Positions 24,301 through 35,443 of a stretch of DNA of 36,832 nt are shown here, piece by piece. Numbering within the stretch: the stretch's first letter is position 1; the number at the start of each line of letters is the position of its first letter. Under the pieces are notes generated by a model. That model was given only the letters and a program-made list of their open reading frames with translations, did no database searches and was not told the DNA's origin. This stretch comes from Folioceros fuciformis (taxonomy: Eukaryota): contig JBNGIO010006082.1 in assembly GCA_049999805.1 (NCBI GenBank), forward strand, positions 1 through 36,832. Reading direction: 5' to 3'. The position numbers and the translations under genes are program-made.

Positions 24301-25661
24301 TCAAGCTTAATGCCTTGCGCATGTTCGTAGCACTTGCTGCTGTTAACAATTTGGAGTTGGAGCAACTAGACGTCACCACGGCATTCTTGTACGGAAACCT
24401 GCAAGAGGAGATCTTGATGCAAGTTCCCCCAGGAGTCGAAGTGCCTGAAGAGATACCTCGTCCGGTATGAAGGCTCTAGAAGACTTTGTACGGACTTAAA
24501 CAAAGTCCACGAGCCTGGTATGAAAGAATAGACACCTACTTAAAAGAGTTAGGCTATATAAGCCTACATGTTGACAACAACGTCTACCTGAAAAGAGAAG
24601 GTAAAGACTTCTTAGCTTTGGCCATTTACGTGGATGACATTATCGTCCTTAGTAATTCCTTGCGAATGATATTTGACCTCAAAGAGCATATGCAACGAGC
24701 ATTTAAGATCACAGAGGTTGGGGCACTTACGTATCGTTTGGGCATGGAACTGCTCCGTAACAGAGGTGAGGGCACCATATTTCTTCACCAGCACAAGTAT
24801 GCCCTGCAAATACTAGATAGGTTTGGCATGTTAGAATGCAAACTTGCTTCAACACCTGTAGAGCAGAATGCCAGATATATCCAGCAAGTGGGAGAAATAC
24901 CTGAACGGGAGATGCCATAGGATGATCTATACCCATCGAAGAATGGAAGTGTGATGCATCTAATGATAGGTAGCAAGCTTGATCTTGCCTTCAGCTCGGG
25001 ACTTACTTCAAAGTTTGTCTTTCACCCCAACAAATCTCACGAAGACCTAATGACAAGGGTCCTCCGATAGATTTCTGGAACTGCAACTTGGGGAATCCTG
25101 TACAGCGCAAAGGCAAAGAAGGCGCTGCACCTGCAAGCTTATAGTGACGCTGACTGGGCAAGCGACCCAGACAGCCGTAAGAGCATTTCTAGCTACGTCA
25201 CAATTCTGGCAGGAGGTGCCATCTCATGGAGTAGCAGGAAGCAAGCTACAATCGCCCTATCATCGACTGAAACAGAGTACAAAAGCTTAACGAAGGCATG
25301 CAAGGAGCTTACCTGGTTAGTGGGAGCATTAAGGGAGCTTGGCATCTAGCAAGAGCTTCCAATCAATCTACAATGTGACAACCAGAGCGCAATAGCGCTA
25401 ACAATGAATCCATGCTTCCACGCCAGGACGAAACACATCGAGATCGAACATCACTACATCCAGCAGACCGTTGCTCAAGGTTTGGTGAGACTCTCATATT
25501 GCTCCACTGAGATGGTGATCGCAGACATATTGATGAAGGCAATTGGGCGCATCAAGCACTATGAACACGCCAGCAACATGAGACTACGAGTAGCTGGCGG
25601 ACCTCTGAGGTGGAGCGCAACACCGGTGGATCGAAGAACAAGCCGAAACGACGAAGACTGA
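21360..25661 (+). pseudogene. Copia gag-pol polyprotein with about a dozen in-frame stops and no net frameshift
   Basis: KFDGENYHVWK (gag), CGHCGITNHTWQTC knuckle, WYIDSGALQHMT (protease), LWHLCLGH/CEAC, LVHSD...LRTDNGGEY...TPQQNGVSE (integrase), YKARLVAKG, LYGLKQSPRAWY, YVDD (RT), YSDADWA...CDNQSAI...RTKHIE (RNase H); all ORF pieces share one frame. Confidence 0.95.
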
Positions 25662-25841
25662 AGACTGAAGGATTGGCGACACTAGTTTAGGGACTGACAA
25701 GTTTCTTTCCTAGCATCGAAGTTTCTTTAGTTAGATCTTACGTTTCACTAGCTAGGTTTATGTCTCTTTAGTGAATAAATAAACAAACAACTATACAACT
25801 ATAAACATTATACACTCACTAACTCTAGACCCGAGTGGGAG

Positions 25842-26195
25842 TGATAATAGGTATGTCTAACCCTAATGTACGTTAGTAGTAGTTTACGGTTGGTAATTGT
25901 GTGTCCGGCGCGCGTATGACAACGTGTATAATTTGACACAAGACTACAATGTGTCCGGCGCGCGTATGACAACATGTGTAACTTGACACAAGACTACAAT
26001 GTGTCCGGCGCGCATATGACAACGTGTATAACTTGATACAAGACTACAATGTGTCCGGCGCGCGTATGACAACATGTGTAACTTGACAGAAGACTACAAT
26101 GTGTCCGGCGCACGTATGACAACGTGTGTAACTTGACACAAGACTACAATCTTATGCTGCGCCTACAATCGCTAAGTGGGTAATCTACGTTGTCA
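25842..26195 (+). repeat. 3' LTR (354 bp) of the nested Copia, containing five tandem 50-bp units (25901-26150)
   Basis: Same termini as the 5' LTR; unit gtgtccggcgcgcgtatgacaacgtgtgtaacttgacacaagactacaat starts at 25901, 25951, 26001, 26051 and 26101. Confidence 0.93.
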
Positions 26196-26393
26196 ACATG
26201 GGTGTGCTAACTACTAGACTACTAGATATGGTGATAGCGCGTGTCCGCAACATAGGTGTGCCAACTACTAGACTACTAGATATGGTGATAGCGTGTGTCG
26301 CAACATAGGTGTGCCAACTACTAGACTACTAGATATGGTGATAGCGTGTGTCGCAACATAGGTGTGCCAACTACTAGGCATGGTGATAGCTCG
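26196..26393 (+). repeat. 53-54 bp tandem array (~3.7 units) of the host LTR
   Basis: acataggtgtgccaactactagactactagatatggtgatagcgtgtgtcgca starts at 26196, 26250, 26303 and 26356; related 46-bp unit at 20312-20357. Confidence 0.92.
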
Positions 26394-27189
26394 TAACTTC
26401 GATTTGCACCAAGCTCCATAATTATGAGGGGCTCTTCTTAGAATAGATCTTATTGGGACATCTTTATATTTTAGGGGACACTTTATATGAGTGGTTGGGA
26501 GGAGTATAAGTAAGAAGGATAAAGACCAAGAATCATAGTCATCATGACTACTTAAGTTTGGTAAAGTAGTAGAACACTAGGGATTGTGATATCCTCCTAT
26601 ATTGTTCTACTCTAAGGATAAGACTGTTGGTGTATTGCCTCCTGCATGTTTGGCCTTAGCACCTTGTTCACTAGAGCAGAAGGCACCCACCCCTCCTCGT
26701 TGTGTTCAAGTTGTTAGGTGGAGCATTTCTACAATTGGTTCTTCAACGCATTGGCCATCTACACAATACAATCCCAGCTTACTGATTGAATTGACCTAAG
26801 TTTACCACTCATTCAATCTTAGTGGATACCTTCGAAAAATACTCATTTGGTTATTGGTCTTGCACAAACCATTCTCTAGTTTGGATAATATCCGTGCCTT
26901 CTTTGGATGTATGTGGGCTTGTGTGTTTCTAATTGTGTAATCCTAAGAATGATTGTCGTTATTAGAGAATAGTGAAAAGTCATGGTTCGGAGAGTAAGAA
27001 GCCTTGGTGATACGATACCTTACTTAGCATCATAAGTAGTTGTGTGATAAGAGGTTCATAGTAGTTGCAATTGCTAACAATATGTTTCTCAACCTTTGCA
27101 AGTGAGTCCTCCTTATTGCAAACATCGTTCCCCAACTTTAAGAAAGAAATGAGGATCCAACAACTGATGATTTGAAGAAGTCTGTAATC

Positions 27190-27307
27190 GATCTTACAAA
27201 AACGTTTTCTTTGTAGAGACTTCACACTCCAATCTAATAAAAAACTCTAAATGATCTTACCAAAAGGTTTTCTTTGTAGAGACTTCACACTCCAATCTAA
27301 TAAAAAA
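27190..27307. repeat. Tandem duplication of ~55 bp
   Basis: gatcttac...ttttctttgtagagacttcacactccaatctaataaaaaa occurs twice, ~63 bp apart. Confidence 0.85.
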
Positions 27308-27722
27308 AGAAGGAGAGTCTCTAATTAATGAATATTATCAATAATAGATCATCAATAGTAGTTAGATGATCCATTATTGATCATCAATAATTGATGGATA
27401 GCTATTGTATCATACGAAATTGCAACCTAAACCATGGTGGGGCCACAATTTGGAGGCATGGACATCCAAATCCATTAGATTTTAGTGGAATATGACCATT
27501 AACCTCTATTCAATGTCCATAAAGATGCTTCTTCATATCATGACCATGATTTTATTCCTCATTCACAATCGCAAGCTTTTGGCCATATACTCCTATTCAA
27601 TCCCCACAAAGACCCTTCTTTAGAGCATATTCACAAGAAAAACTGGCAAATTGAATATTGTTCCTTGTTGAAATTTTTTATTGTTGTAATTTTATGCTAC
27701 TACGAAAATACTTCTTAGCTAA

Positions 27723-27776
27723 AAGGATTGGAGTGTGGTCAATGTTAATCCAATCGTTAACCACACTCCAATCCTT
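27723..27776. repeat. Inverted repeat with a 17-bp perfect stem
   Basis: aaggattggagtgtggt (27723-27739) pairs with accacactccaatcctt (27760-27776). Confidence 0.9.
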
Positions 27777-27999
27777 AGCCTCCTACTTGGATTGAGGACA
27801 ACATATAAGGACCTCTTGCATTCATTCAGAAACATAATCTTTGTTGCATACCATTGGAATACTTATGAAATTTAACCATAGTGCAAGCATTTGCAATTGA
27901 GTACAACATACAAGAATATGACCTTTTTAGTAACAAAATCTTTGGTAGGATCAATGACAAAGGTAGCAAGCAAGGTGTGTTACTTAGTCATTGAGATGA

Positions 28000-28255
28000 G
28001 CTCTAAAATTGCAAGCCTAGAGAGAGTGTGCCAAATGATGGTCCTCATCATAGTAGAAAACAGACTAGTTCCTAAGCCATTGTGAGGCCCTCAAACATTG
28101 CAAAGAGAGGCGCTCTAATATTGCAAAGCCTGGAGCGAGCACACCAAAAGGCTGGTCCTCATCATAGTAGAAAAGGAGGCTAGTTCTTAAGCAATCACAG
28201 AGGCACTTTATGCCTCTCTAATATTGGTGCCAAAAGTTGGTCCTCCTCATATTGA
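28000..28255. repeat. Degenerate direct repeats (2 full copies plus 1 partial, ~113 bp spacing)
   Basis: ctctaa...ttgcaa(a)gcct...ggtcctcatcatagtagaaaa...ctagttc(c/t)taagc recurs. Confidence 0.7.
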
Positions 28256-29498
28256 ACAAGAAGCCATAAAACCTACTCCTTTATCTGAGCAAGAGCAAAG
28301 ATGGGCATGAGCTACCATAGGAATGGACAAGTCTCGAGGAAAAGATAGTTGCTTGTGGATAATGCTTCTCCATTGGGAAAAGGAATGCTTGAAGTCAGCG
28401 AAATTCAATCAATACAATCTCAAAAGAGTGAAGAAAAAAAACACGTCTTCATTAGTTGGGAACCTCTTGTAAAACGGAGAGACACTTTTGTGCACACTGT
28501 GAGAGAACATAGTGCTATACTCTTCTAAGAGGGACTGCCAAATGGGGTATCTCTAAATGATGATGAAGCAAACAGATGAGGTCGGGGACTCGGGGGACGA
28601 GAGGGCCCACGTTCCTAGGGAATGGATGTTGGGCCCGGCTTGTATTCTTTCCTTCTAGAGACTGCCAGGAATCTCTTTTTTCCCAACCAATTTGGAGGCA
28701 AAGGCCTTTTCGCCACAAAGACCTCTCCGCTGCCAACTTCGAGGAAGTTACTGATTCTCCCTTTTCTTTCCTTACAGGCTTTCCATCGGCCCCCGGCGAC
28801 TTGAACTACTATCACCACCGGAGTCTAGTTAAGAGATCACTTCTGGTTGGGATATTTGCGATGCGTGATGAGCTCTGTTTTAAGAAGCTAAAAGATAGCT
28901 CATCTCGCATAAGAGCTCCAGTATTGCTATGTATTTAAGAGGTTTCTTATACTTGGGATATGCGAGACGTGATGAGCTCTTCTCTATGAAGCGCCCTATC
29001 CCAGGTACCTTCGCACCTACGGAAAGAGTAGAACTATTTGGTGATAGATTCAATGCATGACTGCATTATCCACAAGCCTGTGAGAGTGGGGATGATAATG
29101 ATTTTGAAGGCGATCATGCCCAGACGTGCATCTCGTTGATGATATCTTAGCACTATCTTGCTGGCTGCTTGGTGTTGCACAGGACTGCATTTGCAGATGT
29201 CCATCCAGCAAGGGTCTATTTCAGGAGCCTGATATTTATGACACCCTGTTGTGACGGCCCCATAATCGCAATCGGCCACATGCGAGCTCGGCCCTGCTCA
29301 CAATTATTGTTCTTCTCTGTAGCACGCGTGTTTTGGGCAACTGGGCATCGTCGAGCGTGGCTGTGGCTATCCTGTTTAGGCTGTGACAAATAAAGCGAGC
29401 TGTAGCTGCCCAGTGTGAGTAAGCGAGAGAATGGCCAGCCGCGGGACACGATCTAAATGTGCTGCTTAGAAGCATCGGAGAAGATCACCGCCTAGCTG

Positions 29499-29570
29499 AT
29501 CCTTCTCATCACCTGTGGTGCCTGCGTAGGATCCTTCTCATCACCTGCAGCCTGTGCCTGCGTAGGATCT
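29499..29570. repeat. Short tandem duplication upstream of the SET gene
   Basis: gatccttctcatcacctg...gtgcctgcgtag occurs twice. Confidence 0.8.
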
Positions 29571-29908
29571 ATCTTCTGGTCACTTGCATCTGTTGCTCAT
29601 GAATGATACAAGGGACTTTCTGGGCTCGCATTTCTCAGAACCCAGTGACTTGGAACAGCGTCTTGATCAGCCTTCTGCCCTCCGCTTTCCTGCAAGCATC
29701 GGATTGTCGCTAGTACACCTACTGCATCAGCTTTTCAGATCTGTGCCCTACTTAATCAAGTGGTGGAAAGTGAGACCAAGCATCAAGCTAGGTCTAAAGT
29801 GAGGGTATCAGGAGTGACAAATCTTGTGGTCCTGAGAGTGAATTTTGCATCCGGTTCACTGCATTCAGATCCAGTGGAATAGATCTGGTAGCGGTTTGTG
29901 AGCCATCC

Positions 29909-32900
29909 ATGGCTGGTTCTCCTGGTGCAGGTGTGACCATGTCAGGAAAACTTGAGCCATCTGCTAATGAGTCCAGGCTCCCATCTTCGCCCATTCCTTC
30001 TTCGCCCTTATCCCAGGCATCCTCGCTCTCTGGGCGATCTTCCCCACCCAAGTCTCCGAACGGCCATCCCCTGCCTGTGTCTCCGCCCAGCCAGGCTTTC
30101 AAAGTGAGAGCGTCCGAGCAGTTTGACAAGAGTGGGTTGGTGGCGGTGCAGCATGCAGCCCTTCACGATGCGCACGTGCTGGAGATGGGATTGCACACTC
30201 TGGTTGTGTCCAATCCCGAAGTCAAGGGGGCTGCATTTGGAGAGGGGGGAGTTGTTCTCGAGCCTCCCAAGGTGCAACATCCTCCTGTTGGATTGAAGCC
30301 CATCCTCCTTAAAGACATGAAGGTGAGATGATCCTGCAATGCTCTCCGTTAAATCCCTCTGAGTCCCGGTAGAGCACAGCTTGGCCTTCTAACAGCGAGT
30401 CTAGTGACTTTCACTACTGCTTGAAATCCACAGACTGGCAAGTATCATCGTGGCAGAGTTCTGTTTGGCACGATCTGCACTAAGCCTGTGAAAGTGCGGT
30501 CCCTGACGACGATTCTGGAGGACGATAGCGGTTCTGCCACCATCGTGCTCATCCCCGACGCAGTTCCAGTCNNNNNNNNNNNNNNNNNNNNNNNNNNNNN
30601 NNNNNNNNNNNNNNNNNNNNNNNNNNNNNNNNNNNNNNNNNNNNNNNNNNNNNNNNNNNNNNNNNNNNNNNAGTTTCCCGAGGGAGCCCGCGTGGCTATC
30701 GAGAATCCATACCTCAAGAGATTTGCGGATAATGTGGTCGGGATCCTGATCGAGGAACCCAAGGAAGTCATTTTCCTGTCCATTCCGGAAGGCCGGGATG
30801 CCGGTACCTACACTACTGGTGACAATGGGGAGCTTCCAAAGTATAATCAAGATTGGGAGAGACAGGCAGTTGCAGTCGGCGACAACCACTTCAGTTTGGA
30901 GAATGGTGACCACCGACTTTCAGGATCCGATGAAGATGACCACGAGCTTCACACGCCTGTGAAGGAGGCTGACCTGTCAAAGCGCTTTGACAAACCAGCG
31001 GAAGACGTCAAGTCTTCCGGAAGCAACTCCGATGGCGGTCTCTCAGCCTACGAGAAGCTTGAGGGAGATAAGAGCAGTGCTCTGCCTCCTCGGGATGACA
31101 AGTCCATCAGCAAAATCAGGGCAGAGTCAATCGAAAACATTGCAAGGGCGGAGTTTGTTGGGTCTGAGAAATCAAAGAAGAGGCTGGAAGAAAGTGGCGC
31201 TGGGGCTTTGCGGGGTAGCGAACTCGACTTATCGGGGGAAGGATCTGTTGTGGAGACCAGTCTTAAGAAGGTAGAAGCTGGTAACGCTGACAAGCACGAT
31301 GGCTCTGTTGTCGTGGTTGTTCAAAACACTTCTAATCTGACCGAGAAAATAGCAGCGGGGACCTTTGACAGATCGTCCAATCCATGGTCATTGGCTGCAT
31401 CTGTTCACCGGATCCAGGAGGTTGCAGATGGAGCGGCTGAATTAGATAGAAGTGTGACGTCCGTAACTGCTCCAGGTGTGAGAACTACTAAATGTACGCC
31501 GGGACCAGCAGAACGAGGAGAGGCCCAAGTTGCAGATGTGCCAATTGAGGCAGCTCCCTCTGAGAAATCTGCGACTGCTCCAGTCTCGAAAACTACTGAG
31601 AGCAGGCTAGGGGCAGCAAAAATAGGGGATGGTAAACATGCAGATGCAGCAGCTGAAGCACTTCTCTCAGAGAAGTCTGTGACCGCTCCAGGAGTGAACG
31701 CCACTGGGTGCGCGCTTGGAGCAGCGAAACAAGGGGATGCTAGCGTCGCAGATGCAGCAGCTGAAGCACTGCCCTCAAAGAAGTCTGTGACCGCTCCAGG
31801 GGTGAACGCCCCTGGGTGCGCGCTTGGAGCAGCAAAACAAGGGGATGCCAGAGTCGCAGATGCAGCAGCTGAAGCACTTTCTTCACAGAAGTCTGTGACC
31901 GCTCCAGGAGTGAACGCCACTGGGGGCGCGCTTGGAGCAGCAAAACAAGGGGATGCCAGAGTCGCAGATGCAGCAGCTGAAGCACTGTCCTCAGAGAAGT
32001 CTGTGACCGCTCCAGGAGTGAACGCCACTGGGTATGCGCTTGGAGCAGCAAAACAAGGGGATGCCAGAGTCGCAGATGCAGCAGCTGAAGCACTTTCCTC
32101 ACAGAAGTCTGTGACCGCTCCAGGAGTGACCGCCACTGGGTGCGCGCTTGGAGCAGGAAAACAAGGGGACGCTAGAGGCGCAGATGCAGCAGCTGAAGTA
32201 CTTCCCTCAGAGAAGTCTGTGACCGCTCCAGGAGTGGGAACCACTGAGTACAGGCTAGGAGCAGCAGAACGAAGGGATACCAAAGATGTAGATGTTGCAG
32301 CTGCCGAAGTTCCCTCAGAGGAGCCTTCGACTGCTCCAGGAGTGGGAACCACTGAGTATAGGCTAGGAGCAGCAGAACGAAGGGATACCAAAGATGTAGA
32401 TGTTGCAGCTGCCGAAGTTCCCTCAGAGAAGCCTTCGACTGCTCCAGGAGTGAAAAGTGCTGAGTGCACGCTTAAAGCTGCAGAGAAAGGAGATGCTAAA
32501 GTTGCCGATGTAGCAGCAAGCGCAGTTCCCTCAAAGAATTCTGTGACTGCCCCAGGATTTCAATCTGCTGAGGACAAGAGGGCAGCAGATGTCCCCAAGG
32601 CCGGTCGTTCGGAAGTGGGAACTGCCGAGAACAAACGAAAGGGAGGGAGCAGCTTCGGGAACGACTACTTGGAGCACGAGGTCCAGGGCAGGGACATCCA
32701 AATCACAGCGGGCAGCGACCCATCACTGGCCTCGCAAGAAAGGGATAACGGCGTCCTTCCGGCAGAAGGATACCCAGTTTCAGGTGCTGGTATGCAGAAG
32801 CAGCCTGCATCTGGAAGCGAGAAGCTCGGAGGCGAGAAGCGCGGAGACGGGAAGATCAGAGTCGAGAAGCTTGGTGACGGAAAGATCGGAGGCGAGAAGC

Positions 32901-35443
32901 TTGGAGACGGGAAGATCAGAGGCGAGAAGCTCGGACACGGGAAGATCGGAGGAGGGAATATTGGAATCCAGAAGCTCGTGGGTGAGAAGCTCGGAGGAGG
33001 CAAGATCGATGGGGGGAAGCCCGTTTCTGTCACCTGTGACTCCGAGTCTGGCTCCCAAAAGGCGGAGGTTGTGTCAGCCAAACATGAGGCGTCTGAGGCT
33101 GTGAGGGACACACATGCTGATGTCCGCTCTGGTCAGGACGCCACCGAGAAGCAGACGGATGTTCAGGGTGCTAATGCTCTTCCAAAGATCAGTGCCACGA
33201 CCGGTCCTGTGAACGGGCCAAGCAGTCTTGATGAGGGCAATTCGAAGACCGTGACTGCTGCCTCGGATGATAAGAAGGAATCACTTACCTTGTTGTCGTT
33301 GCAGCTCAATGGCGGGTCACCCACCGAAGGTACAGTTTCAGCACAGCCCTCTGCAACTATGGCGAGTCTGCAGATTCCTCAGGCAGCCGAGCTGCAGGAA
33401 AGGAAACAGGTGGAGAAGCCAGCCGCAACCTCGCCTGTTATTCCTGCAAATGTGAGCGCTTCTGCCCTGCGCATCCAAGGGAACAGATGGTTTGGGCAGG
33501 GTGAGTGGCAGAAGTCCATCACCTTCTACACCTGGGGTATCCGGCAGGCAATCATAGAGCACAGGGCTGGCATCTCGTCTACAGCTGATGGGAAGAACGG
33601 GCAAACCAAAAAAAAAACCTTCCCAGCTGCTTTGTCAGATGCCTCCCCTTCCGGAGCAGGAGACTCGGGCAAGGATCATGCCTCCGGTACAGCTACGAGA
33701 ACTAGCACAGATGCCTCCAGCAGCCAACCCGATGAAGAAGCTGTGGAAGTGGCCTCCTCCGGTGAGTCTCTGAGGACGTACAACGAGGTTCTTCTAGGGT
33801 TTTCAAACAGGGCTGAGGCATGGCTCAGGCTGCAGCAGTATGAAAAAGCGTTGGTAGATTCGGAACGTGCATTGGAGCTGGATAGTCAGCACCTCAAGAG
33901 CATGTTCCGCAAGGGCAGGGCTTTGTTAGGACTAGGTGAGAACCAGGAAGCTCTGAAATTACTTCAGACAACCAAGGATCGTGCCCCGTTGGACAAGGAT
34001 GTGCAGGAGGCATTTCAAGCTTGTCAGATCGGTGACAAGCAGAGCAGGTTAGGCGTTTTCGATCTGTCGGACTACTTCCTCAGTGACAGGTTTTCAGGTG
34101 GACCTGTCCCGAAGTGTGCCGACTATGTAGGACCGGTTGAGATTCAACATTTTGGAGAGAAGGGCCATGGATTGATTGTCACCAGAGATGTTGAAGCTGG
34201 GAGTCTTCTTCTTGTGTCCAACCCGTTGGTTTTTGCTTCTGACATTGCGGATAGCCATGGCAGTGATGTACAAGGCCAAGGCCAGGGGAACTCTCCTTTT
34301 TGTGGAGGTTTCGAGGGTAGGATAGTACCCAAGATGAGGGAGCAGTTGGTTATTGCTCTGCAGACCCAATGGATGTTGTCTACCAGAAGCTTGGAACGGC
34401 TTTTGACCTTGAGTTGTGAGATTCTTGCGGGAGGGGACTCCGGCAACTTGGAGCAAGATCGTTCTGATGGGAAGAGGATGCCGTCTTTGAGCGTCTTCGC
34501 CCCTGCAGGGCAGGCTTACACCAGCGCTTATGCTAGTGCAGAACAGAAACTAGTCCTTCAGGAGAAGCTGGATTCAAGGCGCGTCAGCCGCATCATCCAT
34601 CACAATGCTTTTGACAAAAGCACGTTGCGAATTCAAGTAGGCGGTGGCGAACATGATGATGGGCTTGATACCTGGGAGGAGATCATAGATGGGGAGGACG
34701 GTCTAGAGCACGGTACGGTGGAGGAGGAGCAGCAACAACGAGATGAGCCGTTCTGCGGAATCTGGAGTTTGCCTTCCTACATCAATCACTCCTGCTTGCC
34801 CAACACATCTTGGATTCTGGTCGGGAAGACTCTGTTCGTGGTAGCTTCACGAGACCTCGTGGCCGGTGAGGAGATCACTTACAATTACTTCAATATATTC
34901 CAGCCACTCGCAGAGAGGAGGAAGGCGAGCTCCTCCGCGTGGCAATTCACCTGCAACTGTCCGAGGTGCTTGCTGGAGGAGAGACTTGACTCGCATTTGG
35001 GGACAGTGATGAAGGCAAGTGATGTAGTAACGGAGTTGGAGCAGCGGTTTGCTACGTCTCTCAAGGACCTCAGTCCCAAGGAAAGGAATTGGCTAAGGGC
35101 TTCGTTTGTTAGGAGCTACCTCAAGCAGCTCGGGGAGCATCAACGCACTGAAGGAGAGATCAAACAGGTGAAACTCTCGCCCGAAGCCCTCACATACCTT
35201 CCTCAATGCCTGGAGGCCATGGACACGGTATGCCCTGGTAGCGTAGAAACTCTGAGGATGTCTGTAGTTGCCCGGGAGGTAGCCAAGCACACCAGCGGCA
35301 AGAAATCTGCTAGGTATAGGGCAGCCAATAGTTTTACTTTGCGAATCTGTAGGTGTACATACGGGAAGCAGAAGGCAAACATTCTGCAGGCCCTGGTCAG
35401 TGAGTGCAGGGAATCGTTAGCCAGGTTCTACAACATGTTGTAG
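29909..35443 (+). CDS. TPR + SET-domain lysine methyltransferase (SDG35/ATXR1-like C-terminus) with an extra N-terminal domain and long repeat insert; exons 29909-30322 and 30434-35443 (100-N gap at 30572-30671)
   Basis: GT-AG intron 30323-30433 joins LKPILLKDMK|TGKYHRGRVL in frame; TPRs (ALRIQGNRWF, FSNRAEAWLRLQQYEKALVD, KSMFRKGRALLGL); split SET GEKGHGLIVTRDVEAG ... GIWSLPSYINHSCLPN ... GEEITYNY; post-SET FTCNCPRC. Confidence 0.9.
31460..32557 (+). repeat. Coding 108-bp (36-aa) tandem repeat, ~10 units
   Basis: SVTAPGVNATGCALGAAKQGDARVADAAAEALSSEK; the TAPG motif recurs every 108 bp. Confidence 0.95.
32818..33018 (+). repeat. Coding 15/30-bp repeat (EKLGDGKIGG)n
   Basis: EKLGG-EKRGD-GKIRV-EKLGD-GKIGG-EKLGD-GKIRG-EKLGH-GKIGG. 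Confidence 0.88.

Larger units (their letters stand above)
20363..26195 (+). mobile_element. Full-length, decayed Ty1/Copia LTR retrotransposon
   Basis: TG...CA LTRs at 20363-20534 and 25842-26195; PBS tgatatcacagc (degenerate tRNA-iMet TGGTATCAGAGC) at 20535; PPT gagtgggag before 25842; 5-bp TSD acata/acatg; gag-PR-IN-RT-RH domain order. Confidence 0.96.
19830..26744 (+). mobile_element. 3' remnant of an older Copia-like element (RNase H tail, PPT, LTR with 46-54 bp tandem repeats) interrupted by the nested Copia
   Basis: ANILTKD (cf. Copia ADILTK) at ~19870-19890; purine tract aaaagaggg at ~20256 followed by TG; the repeat acataggtgtgccaactactaga...ggtgatagc continues on both sides of the nested element; the LTR end near 26744 is a guess. 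Confidence 0.55.

Noticed and set aside
25901..26393. CRISPR-like appearance of regularly spaced ~50-bp repeats (also at 16708-17105)
   Set aside because: Units are contiguous with no unique spacers, lie within LTRs or a satellite, have no cas genes nearby and sit in a eukaryotic context
28690..28740. GGKGLFAT(K)DLSA resembling SET motif I upstream of the SET gene
   Set aside because: Needs a frameshift and has no NHSC or other SET motifs nearby; likely chance
28865..29003. Box C/D snoRNA pair (two GTGATGA box-C-like motifs)
   Set aside because: No CTGA box D at a suitable distance; the motifs are explained by the local repeat
31405..32469. 354-aa minus-strand repetitive ORF
   Set aside because: Antisense shadow of the 108-bp coding repeat in the SET gene
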